Source: Podarcis gaigeae | Taxonomy: Eukaryota | Assembly (NCBI GenBank): GCA_964106915.2 | Contig: OZ066914.1 | Reading direction: 5' to 3' (one strand) | DNA: 64,000 nt | Shown: piece after piece, positions 29,944-40,906 of the stretch | How the letters are laid out: the number at the start of each line of letters is the position of its first letter | Numbering within the stretch: position 1 is the stretch's first letter | The notes under the pieces: model-generated | Told to the model about the DNA's origin: nothing | Seen by the model: only the letters and a program-made list of their open reading frames with translations | Databases searched by the model: none | Position numbers and translations under genes: made by a program

Positions 29944-32900
29944 GCCGAGGGTCTCGAGCATTCCTGCGAATGTATTTTTGACCATTAATATGGCTCTTTA
30001 CTGAAACTGTCAACTGGTGTAACCCAACCACTATGCACTACAAAACACCTGTTAGCTGTAATTCAGGTCATCTGGTGCATTATACTGATGCATTAATGTA
30101 CCTTGGAACTCATCTCCCAGGTCACCCTTTGGGGTTGCAGCAGACGAAGAAATTAATCCTTGGCGTTCTTCATAAACTCACGGCTGAGCTGCCCATCACA
30201 GTGTTTGTTCTCTCTGTCTCTCGTCTTCCTCTCTGCTGGGCTTTCACACACTTGGTAAACATGCAATAACCATACAGAAAGCAGATAGCCCAAGATATAC
30301 TGATAAAACTATTAAATATACTTGTGTAAACTGCATACTATATTTACACCATGCATATTATTTGTCTTTTATTTTTGCTAGTTTGTGTGTTTTCAGTGTA
30401 GTTTCTATCTGCAGGAGGTTTGTATGAATATTAGTGAACGTATGTTGAGGCATATGTGTTAAATTATACAAAAAATATGATATTTATTCTTTATTGGACA
30501 GCTATTCAATCTGTTATTAAATAATTAGTTTCCATGGTGACTGCTGATTGGTATATGTTCAGACATGTTGTGGCTTATCTACAGAGACATATTTAATCTA
30601 TTAGGAAGGATCCTAAAGTCACCATCTTTTATCTTGTATTAACAAATCAGGTGGATAATAATTACCCTAGAACCTTTTTATGTTTCCTTAGGTACAAACC
30701 TTAGAACATTCTCTTTAAAGCTGCATTTTCTTCTTCCCTGACTCCAGTCTATCTTGTTACTATTTAAGTACCATAATTAAATAATTCTACAAGTTACCAT
30801 TCTGTTGTGCAAGTCTGTATTAATAGAAACAAAATGGGTTGTGTCACCTGGGTTTTCAACCTGTATTTCACAGCAATAAGAACTGGACACCCATTTTAAT
30901 ATTAACACAAACACAAGGCTTTGATGGGTTCACTCAGGTCCAGAAGCACAATGCCTGTGGGCAACTTTTCGGAATGGCCCTTCATTTATGCAAACACTCC
31001 TCCATATCTACAGCCTTGAAGGCTGCAGCCACAAAACAAACATGTAAGCATGAGATTTTATGGAACAGTGGGAGGAATACAGACACGTGCCAATTGACTT
31101 GGCCAAGGTGAGAAGAGGGCACAGGAGACGGTGACAGAAATGAGTTTGGCAGAAGCTTCAAGTATCCTCAAAGTACAATCATATACATATCCACTCCTAT
31201 GGTCAGTGGGGCTTCCTCCCAAGGAAATGTACATGGGCTTTCTACTTAAATCTATATTTAAAAGTGAGGTCATCATGGACCAAGAATGCATCATGGACCA
31301 AGAGTCTCACTTCTCTAGAGATAGCTTGTTTTAGATGGGCATGTGCTTGAAGAAACACCCCAAACCATTTGAAAACATTCAGACATGGTCTGTGCTGGTT
31401 CAGATAGCTTTAGACCTGGCCAGCTTTATTGGTAGAAAGTCCAAAACTGGTGCAAGTCCAAAACTGTGAGCATTCACCCTTATGTAATGAGGTGCTCATG
31501 ACCTCTCAGTTCGGCTTTCATTTTGAATGCTGAGTTGGGGAACCTTAAGTCTATGAGCTGCAGGTGGCCCTTTAGGGCTCAAAGATCTCCCCAGGCTCTA
31601 CTCATCCTCACTGGTTCTGGCTCCTAGCCAGAGTGTCCCTGGCTAGAATGTGTCCTTGTTCTCTGATAGTGCTTCTTGCTTCTCCGGACAAATGACTGAG
31701 AGGCGTGCAGATGCCTGTGGAAACTAACCCCCCGTACAGAAAGAAAATTTGTGTTCCTTGCTCTGCCCACATTTGCCTCTGGCCCTGTCCAACACTGGCA
31801 TGCAGCCTCTGGAAAGGAATGCGGCCCTCAAGCTGAAAAAGCCCCCCCCCCCCCCCCGCAGCAAAGGCATAAATGCAACATCTGCACATATTTCCGTGAG
31901 TCGGTTTACACCGGTTTGCTGCTAATACTCAAACCTGGATCCCAATAGCAAAGTGCAAACACTTGCATGTAATCGTTCCTTTGCTGTTTGCATGTGCTGT
32001 CAGGCAACCGTCTCACACCTTGCTATTCTTGCTGATCAGAGTCCTTGATAAATAAATGCACCTACTTTCACAATGAAGCAATTACAGTGGCACAAACATG
32101 GCCTTCGAGGAAATGACTTGTGGTAATTTACCAAGCAGGGACGGATGCCAGCAGTCTCACACATTCATATATTATCTTTCTCGGTTTACATGAAATACAG
32201 AGTTAACAGCAGTGCGAAAACTCATCTGAAAAAGTAAAGATAAATGCAATTAAATAATCACAAAGGTATCTGTATATATCTGCATTCCTGACCTACTATT
32301 GATATATAGGTACAAAATAACCAAAGCATCACATGCCAGGATATTTCTGCCTTGCTTGGCCATTTTGTATTTCTCAGAAGATGTTCTGCTAAATGGCTAT
32401 TGGTTCACAACCCCTGGATCACATTCCTCCAAGGCTGACCTGTCATTATATTCCTGGCTACATTTAAGAACAGGGACTGCAGTGTAGTGCAAAACTGTAA
32501 TTTAAGAGTTTTGCCTCTCTCTCCCCATGTCAAGTGTTCATGTACTGCTGTTTGTTCTAAAATAGTTCCCTAGCATAAAAAGGCAGCTTTCATCTTTGGT
32601 CACACTCCGGTCGTCTGTCCTGGCCATTATCTCTTATGCCTGCCAGGGTGGCAGGTTTCCCACAGAACAAGGTTATTTCAATCCAGGATAATAGCAGTGA
32701 AGTTCTGCACTTTGAAGCCTTTGTGGCTAACTGCGTTGTGGCCTTGCTTTAACATTGCACTCCCATGTTTTCAGCATGTTTTTGCTTGATGGTGGCATGA
32801 AATTGCAAGTAGTGCTGAAAGCCCTGGGACAACAACAGTGTTGTTATTATCAGCTATATATTGCAGCCTGTGGCTTTGGAAAACCAATGGGATGTGCCAT

Positions 32901-33169
32901 CCACTAATAGAACTCTTTCATTAGCATCTTGACTGAGTGAAACAGAAAGCTAATTGGGTAGTGCACAGACACACATCTTTCAGCGGGCAGAATTTCTGCT
33001 GAAGCACTTTTTTTACCTTTAATTGGAGCACGTATTCCTGATTTTCAGATTGGTGATAATATTTTTTGGTTTGTGCAGGACTTGCTTCTACTAGTTAGTG
33101 AAGTTCACCCCCCATTTAAGGACGAAATCCTGTGCATACATACTGGTAAAGCTCTTATTAGTTCCCGCG

Positions 33170-33800
33170 TCTAGGAAATGGGGAGCTGGCCTGTTCTGAA
33201 TGAAGTTGCATTCCCCCTGAAGGAGCAGGTTCGTCGCTTGGGGATGCTCCTGGATCCAGCTTTGTCCCAGGAGGACCAGGTGGCTAGGAGTCCCTATTTC
33301 CAGTTCCAGCTATATCAGTTCCTGGACTGGGCTAGCTTTGCTGATCCATGTGATGGTAACCTTACCTCCTAGCTAGATTACTGTACTGCACTCTACATGG
33401 GGCTCTTTGGAGGTTGTAGTGGTGCAGAATTCTGCTGCTCGATTAGGGAGGAGGGTGTCAAGTCAGTCTCCATGAACTGCATTGGCTGCCTATTCATTTC
33501 CAGTCTTACTTTAAAGCATTGCATTGGTTTACAAGGCTCTGAAAAACTGGGACCCAAGTACCTGATGGAGCATCTCATCCAGTATGCGCCAAACTGACAG
33601 CTAAGATCTCTATGGCAGGTGTCTTCTCTACTTCAGTTTCACAGTTTGCTTAAGCAGCACCTTTCCCCCACAGACTTTTGGGCCCTTGTGAGATGTGAAC
33701 TGTTTGGTTTAGTTTATCTTAAGTATTTTATTGCTGCTATTGGTTTTAGTTGTGTGTCATCTGATATTTTATTGTATACTTCTATGTAAGCTGCTCTAGG
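33170..33800 (+). mobile_element. Degraded L2/CR1-group LINE 3' fragment
   Basis: ..LPLKEQVRRLGMLLD..-like RT remnant and an L2-type 3' tail. Boundaries approximate. Confidence 0.55.
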
Positions 33801-34124
33801 ATTTATTTTTATCAAGAGCAGTATAAAAATGAGATAATAAATAAGACCATTGACCACTGTGCAACTTGCATCTGAGTAAACATGCATAAAATTGAGGTGC
33901 AAGACTCTGAGAATGAAAACAAAGCTGTTTGCAGGTCTTCTTAACACCTTCAAGACCTTTGGCAAGGTCTGCTGTTATTCTGAGAACAGTGACCACACTC
34001 TAGCTAAATTTAGTCCCATTGAAAGTAATGGGACTAAAGTTAGTCACATTGGTTTAAGTGGGACTTATAGTCTGATCTCTGTGCATGTTTGCTCAAAAGT
34101 AAGTCCCATTATTCCCAGTTAGGG

Positions 34125-34274
34125 CAGTGGTTGAGCTTCATGCTCCGGCACTGGGGGGGGGGAGGGGCGGGGCTGGTGGGTGTCCTGGGGGCGGAGCGCA
34201 GCCGCGATGGCACCCTGGGGATCGCATTGCCGGGGGTGGTGTGCTCCCCCCGCACTTCTCTTCTTCCGCCAGTG
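34125..34274. mobile_element. hAT MITE
   Basis: Ends cagtgg and ccagtg; perfect 8-bp TSD agttaggg (34117-34124 and 34275-34282). Confidence 0.75.
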
Positions 34275-35076
34275 AGTTAGGGTATATAGGACTACCACCT
34301 AAGCCATGACCAATTTAGCTGGTTCTACTCGAGAAATGGTAATTCAGAATGGATTCCTTCATCCTTAATCCTCTCCCACTGAAATCAATGGGATTCAGAA
34401 GAAGTCCCTTACTTTGGTTGGGTTGTACCCAACACAGGTATCTCTCAGGCCCTTTAACATGGGGAACTGTGCTGATTACATAGAAGGCCTCTGTCCTGGT
34501 TTGCAGAGTCCCCTTTAAATAGAATTGTTCTCATCTTCAGTCCAGTACTTTCCTGAACCTCTAAGATCCCCAGTCCCACAGATGTTCCCCCTTGGTAGGT
34601 CATTCTTACATGTACATGCATAGAATTGATGTCTAAGTGTGAAATGAAACCTGCATCCCTCAAGCCAACTATAAAAGGGGGAAAGAACAAGTTTGGGGGA
34701 GAGGGTTCCCTCCCACTGACCCACCCAGCCAATGTGGTTTTCTGATGATTAGGGGCTATGAGTGGTTTTGTTTTTTTGTTTTTTTAAAAAGACAGGTCTT
34801 GATTCTCAGCCAGACTAATTACAGGGCAGAAAGCCTCGTTTCTCTCCCTCCTTAAACATTCCCACATGCTGACATGAAGCTTGCAGTCTTTTTATACATC
34901 TGTGTTGGTTTGGGATTTCTTAAATGTGTTTGAACAGAAGCTCCTCCTTTGCCGATATTTAGTTTTTTTGTCCACATGCCTTGTGTGTTAACACGATACC
35001 AGGTGGGTGAGAGAAAGAGACGCAGGCAATACATCAAGTGCAGAAACGAGGCACATTATTTGCTGTTTGGTCTTTT

Positions 35077-36954
35077 ATTTATTTTATTTTTTAATAATAT
35101 TTTTTATTGAGTTTATGAAATACAGAAAAAAGAATAGAAAACAGATTATAGGAATAAAATAGAAAAGTTACAAATTTCCATGTTCTTTTTTCCATCAAGT
35201 CTAATGGACTTCCCCGCATCCTCCAAACCCTGCATTCTCTGTGGTACAGAACATCAGCAATTTGTTAACTTGTTTCAATACTTATTGTATCCTTCATTTT
35301 ATCATGTTACCTAATTTCAAAGATGTTATAACCCAAATCATATACATTTTCATTTAAACACAATAAAGTTATTTCATTATTCTACCTCTGACTTCTTGTG
35401 CCTTAATTTCCATTTCATTAATTTACCATTGCTGAAGCTAGAATTTCCTAAACGGTGCATTTTTTAACATTCATACAGCTTATAATGTTTTTTCAAATAG
35501 TCCTTAAATTTTTTCCAGTCCTCCTCAATTGTTTCTTCTCCCATGTCTCGGATTCTGCCAGTCATTTCGGCCAGTTCCATATAGTCCATCAACTGCGTGT
35601 GCCATTCCTCCAGCGTGGGTAGATCTTGTGTCTTCCAATGCTTTGCAATCAGGATCCTTGCTGCTGTAGTGGCATAAATAAAAAAAGTTCTATCTTTCTT
35701 AAACACTCTCTGGTCCACCATGCCCAGGAGAAAGGCCTCCGGTTTCTTAGGTAAGGTAAATCTAAGTACCTTTTTTAGTTCATTATGAATCATCTCCCAA
35801 AAGGCCTTCACTTTCGGGCAGGTCCACCAGAGGTGAAAGAATGTCCCTTCCGCCTCTTTACATTTCCAACATTTATTGTCAGACAGGTGATATATCTTAG
35901 CAAGCTTGACTGGGGTCATGTACCACCGGTATATCATTTTCATAATGTTTTCCTTCAAGGCACTACATGCCGTAAATTTCATTCCGGTGTTCCATAACCT
36001 TTCCCAGTCTTCAAACATAATGTTATGCCCCAAATCCTGCGCCCATTTTATCATGGTGGATTTGACTGTCTCATCCTGAGTATTCCATTTAAGCAGCAAG
36101 TTATACATTCTCAAAAGTAGTTTATTCTTTGGCTCTAACAGTTCTGTCTCTAGTTTCGATTTTTCCACCTGGAATCCAACTTTCTTATCCACTTTAAAAA
36201 CCTCCTGAATTTGTGCATAGTGCAACCAATCTCGCACCTTGTTTTTTAGTTTTTCCAAGCTCTGCAACCTCCAATTGTCTCCAATTTTTTCAATTATTTC
36301 CCCATATTTAGGCCAATTGGCCTCCATGTTAAGTCTCTTACGTGCCTTGGCCTCCACCGGTGAGAGCCACCTCAGAGTCTTACTCTCCAATAAGTCTTTG
36401 TATTTTGTCCAGACCATCAAAATTGCTCTTCTGACAATGTGGTTTTTAAACAATTTGTGCACTTTAACCTTGTCATACCACAAATATGCATGCCACCCAA
36501 AAGCATTGTCGAACCCTTCCAGATCTAGGACATCAGTGTTTTCCAGTAAAATCCAATCTTTCAACCAGCAGAAGGCTGCAGATTCATAATATAACCTCAA
36601 GTCTGGCAGGGCAAATCCCCCTCTTTCTTTCGCATCAGTTAATATTTTAAACTTTATTCGGGGCTTTTTGCCCTGCCAAACAAACTTGGAAATATCCTTC
36701 TGCCACTTTCCAAAACATTCCACCTTGTCCACGATCTGTAGGGCCTGAAACAAAAATAACATTTTCGGCAATACATTCATCTTTATAACTGCTATTCGGC
36801 CCAACAAGGAAAGTTTCAATCTTGACCATATTTCCAAATCTCTTTTAATTTCTGACCAACATTTCTCATAATTATCTTTAAACAAATTCAAATTTTTGGA
36901 GGTCAGATACACCCCTAGGTATTTTACTTTTTTAACCACATTTAGTTCTGTTTC
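35077..36954 (-). mobile_element. Young 5'-truncated L1-clade LINE (ORF2 C-terminal half intact)
   Basis: Open frame of about 497 codons (35464-36954) with KYLGV and the CCHC-like CWKC..FFHLWWTC motif; 3'UTR and A-rich tail; flanked by 146-bp direct repeats. Confidence 0.92.
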
Positions 36955-38980
36955 TGAACAGAAGCTCCTCCTTTGCCGATATTTAGTTTTTTTGTCCACA
37001 TGCCTTGTGTGTTAACCCGATACCAGGTGGGTGAGAAAAAGAGACGCAGGCAATACATCAAGTGCAGAAACGAGGCACATTATTTGCTGTTTGGTCTTTT
37101 AAATGAGGTTGGAAAGCATATTGAGGCCCCAACTTTAAGGAGCCTCTAAACACCTTCAGAACAACTCCAGAAAGACAAACAGAACCATTTCAAATTCCAC
37201 CTATATGACCTGGTGACATAGATCAGGTCAAGCCACAGATGGACACCTTGCAAAACTCTCCTCAGCAATTGAGCTCACTGGGTGGCTTTGGTCAAATCAT
37301 TATCTTCCACCTGAACAAATCACATAGGGTTGATGTGGAGGGGCAGGGAGAGACATTACGCCTTGTAGTTTTACAATAATTGCTGAATCAGCACAACCTT
37401 GAACAGCAGGAGCAAGCAACTTTTCTTTCTTTCTGTTGAGGGCCTCATTCCCTCAGGGGCAATTCGTTGAGGGACACATGTCAGTGGCGTGTAGATTCAG
37501 AACCAATTATATGTGGAGCCAGAGACAAGTGCTTTGGATTAACTCAATTGAAATGAAGACCCCCCCCCTTTGCTTCAGTTTGCACCATGGTTCCCTTGTA
37601 TTACAATTCCCAGTGCTCCTCAGGTCTACTCAGCACACCCCATGGGGTTTGAAAAGCTTCATCGCCATTCCCCTGAGTTAAGAGGCTGTGTCTCTTCCTG
37701 GAGGTTGTAGGTGCATCTTTAACCATCCTGATGAGGTTGCATTGCCAATCTGTGAGCCCTTTCCTGCTGGGCAAGAAAGAAGCACCCCATCCTGGTACAC
37801 TGTTTCCAGCATCTAAGGATCCCCTTGTGGTAATGTTTTGCAGGTGCCAGGTCTGCACTGTTTGGCCTGAAATCTTACAAACACACTCCAGCACTGCAAT
37901 GATCTCTTATGTAGGGCATCCCAAGCAGGGCCGTCTTAAGCATATCCAGCGCCGTGGTGCAAAGATCCCTCCACCCACCCACCCCCCATTTCCCAGAGTT
38001 GTCAAACTTTTCTAAGGGGTGGAACCACTGGACTTACTCCCAAGTAAGCAGGTGTAAGATTGCAGCCTTTCGTGCTGCTTCTCCTGCATTCTCCCTGTTC
38101 CTTCTCCTCACTTTCCTCAAAATGTGAAATCCTTGCACCTAATAGAAAAAAAATAATCTACTGACAGGGTTAGGGTTAGGGAGCTCACCCTGTCACGGGG
38201 ATTTGAACCACTGACCTTCCAATTGGCAAGCCCAAGAGGCTCAGTGGTTTAGATCACAGGAGGGGGTGGTGGAAAATGTCCTCTGCCTCCCTCACAGCCC
38301 CGATCCCCAGCATGGTGGCAGCGTTCAAGCAGGAAAACATGCTGGCGGACATGCTCTCCGGTGTCGGGGCACCCAAGAAGACAGCCCAGAAAGGGCTTCC
38401 TTTCGCCAGGAAGCAGGAGGAGGACAACGACTGGGAGCAGGGCTGTCTTTAGCAGATGCAGAAGCTTGGGAAGGAAGCTGTGTGTGTGCCTGCCAGCCAT
38501 ATTGTTAGTGGGGCGCAGCTGGTGGGCATGCAGGGAAAGGGGAGGCAGCTGGCAAAGCCGCACAGCTCCCCCACTTGCTGGGGCACCCCTGAGAGGCCGG
38601 CGCTCCTGTGTGATGAACCACTAAGACCAATGGGAAAGACGGCTCTGATCCCAAGGCTTGTATTATCTCAGAAGAAAGGCACGACTTCAGTTTGTATAGT
38701 TACGACATAGGAAGCTGAGATATACCTGTTCAGAGTAGTTGTCCATCTAGCTCAGTGTTGTCTACACTGACTGGCAGTGGCTCACAGCAGTAGCTCGCAG
38801 CAGCAAAGCACCTGCTCTGCTACTGAGCTACTGTCCTAGCCCTTTGTTCCTCAAATGATGCTTGGGGTTGTTGCTTGGAGCCCTGAGTGCCTGGAAAACG
38901 AAGTTGCCTGGCAGCTCTCGTCTTAACTCACTGGCTGTTCAGGGCACACATGGCTATGAGAAAGTAACTTCAGCTTGAAG

Positions 38981-39115
38981 CAGGCACAGGCAAACTCGGC
39001 CTCCAGATGTTTGGGGACTACAATTTCCACCATCCCTGACCGCTGATCCTGTTAGCTAGGGATGATGGGAGTTGTAGTCTCAAAACATCTGGAGGGCTTA
39101 GTTTGCCTATGCCTG
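38981..39115. mobile_element. hAT (Charlie-like) MITE
   Basis: TIRs caggcacaggcaaact and agtttgcctatgcctg; perfect TSD gcttgaag. Confidence 0.85.
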
Positions 39116-39438
39116 GCTTGAAGCATTTGGTTTGCTGTCCAAATCTCCCAGACAGCTATTCTTCCCAGCAGGGGCGCCGACTTATAAAAAATATTGGGGG
39201 GGCCCATACTGGGGTCCTGCCCCGGGAAGTTTTCTAAGATCCGCTCCCGGCCCGTTGCTGCTGCTGCCGCCCGCCTCGTGGCCCCCTCGCCAGCTGAGGG
39301 AGGGAGAGAGACCGAGAAGGAGAGAGATGCGTGGTGGGCAAGGCAAGTGCCCGCCGCGCCTCGCCTCCCACCGCCCCTCGTGCCGGCCGCCCCCTCCCCT
39401 CCCTTCCCCGCCCGCACTCGCTCGCTCGCCCTCCTCAC

Positions 39439-39547
39439 CCCAGCTCTTGGCCGTTCGCCCCAGGAACTCGCCGCTGTTGGGGTTGTAGATGAACCTCCGC
39501 CACTCGGCCATAGACTGGCTGAAGGGCTTCTCCTCCTCCTTGGCCAT
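39439..39547 (-). pseudogene. ATP1B3: Captured first coding exon of Na+/K+-ATPase beta-3 subunit, with 5'UTR and intron-1 start
   Basis: [37 protein letters not shown]|gtgagg: 109 coding nt with a phase-1 donor, matching ATP1B3 exon 1. No further ATP1B exons were seen in the window. Confidence 0.85.
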
Positions 39548-39586
<39 letters not shown>

Positions 39587-39898
39587 CTGGAAAGAGAGAG
39601 GGAGCTCGGCGGTTCGCGGGCGGCGGTTTTTCCTCTGCCGAAACAACAGCGGCTCCTCAGAACCGCTAAGTAACTCTCCCTCAGGCGCCCGGCGGGAGAG
39701 CAGAAGAGAGGAAAAGGAAAGAGGGGCTGGGCCAGTCGCACGCACCGAGCAAAACTACTCGCGCCGCCTCTTTTACTACCGTAATAATTATTTGTTTTAA
39801 CTCATTACTGAATGTATTTTAAAAGGTAACTATCAGCAAACAAGGAAAATAAAAAATACCAACATAATTTTGTGATTTTACAAAGCATAATATAACTA

Positions 39899-40906
39899 CC
39901 GTATTTTTCGCTCTATAACACGCACCTGACCATAACACGCACATCGTTTTTAGAGGAGGAAAACAAGGGGAAAAAACATTCTGAATGAAACAGTGGATGT
40001 ATCATTTTTGTGCTTCATGCTGTGGCCACAGACATGTGATCTGATGGTGAATTTGGGGTGACCCAATGCAAAAATCCTGAGGATCCATGTGGATCCATGT
40101 TTTGTAACCACGTTTTTGCACCATTGCAGCCCCAGGCAACAGTGGGTGCGTGATTTTGGGGGGGCAGGCTGTAGCCATGGACATGCTATGTGCTCTGATG
40201 GTGAATTTGGGCTGACCCAATGCAAAGATCCTGAGGATCCATGTTTTGTAACCACGTTTTTGCACCATTGCAGCCCCAGGCAACAGTGGGTGCGTGATTT
40301 TTGGGGGGCAGGCTGTAGCCATGGACATGCTATGTGCTCTGATGGTGAATTTGGGCTGACCCAATGCAAAGATTCTGAGGATCCATGTGGATCCATGCTT
40401 TTTAACCACATTTTTGCACCATTGCAGCCCCAGGCAACAGTGGGTGCGTGATTTTGGGGGGGCAGGCTGTAGCCATGGACATGCTATGTGATCTGATGGT
40501 GAATTTGGGCTGACCCAATGCAAAGATCCTGAGGATCCATGTGGATCCATGCTTTTTAACCACATTTTAAGTGGGGAGGGAAGGAAAAACACAGAAGGGA
40601 CACGGAGCAGGAGAGGGGTGTGCAGAGAAGCAGCTGGCTAAGAATGCAGGAGAGGGGTATAACAGGAGGAGGGAGGAAAGGAAGGCAAAAGTTTTCCCTC
40701 ACCTACCCACCCAAGTCAGCCAGCTCGCGCGCTCTCTCTCGCTCTCTCTCTCTCCCTCCTGCACGGAGCACAGAGACACACTCTGCTTTCCCTCTGCCTG
40801 GAGGGGAGGGGCTTTCCCTGCTCTTTGTTCCGTTTGAGCAAACACGGCAAGGAAACAGAGGAGGGTGGGCAGTAAGACCCTGAGGCAGAATGCCGGAAAA
40901 ATACGG
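39899..40906. mobile_element. Nested Tc1/Mariner (pogo-like) non-autonomous element
   Basis: TA|ccgtatttttcg ... cggaaaaatacgg|TA: 11-bp matching termini with TA target duplication. Confidence 0.75.
40043..40568. repeat. Tandem repeat with a unit of about 154 bp, 3.4 copies
   Basis: gatggtgaatttggg recurs at 40043, 40197, 40341 and 40495. Confidence 0.9.

Noticed and set aside
35464-36999. 511-aa ORF as a host gene
   Set aside because: It is a truncated L1 ORF2; its apparent start lies in the duplicated flank.
39182-39745. 187-aa ORF as a complete novel or ATP1B3 gene
   Set aside because: Only 36 codons are ATP1B3-like. The rest is read-through of GC-rich UTR, (CT)n and intron, and no further ATP1B exons were found in the window.
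39950-40592. Repetitive ORFs of 120-196 aa, or a CRISPR-like array
   Set aside because: These are head-to-tail minisatellite units with no unique spacers, inside a transposon in eukaryotic DNA.
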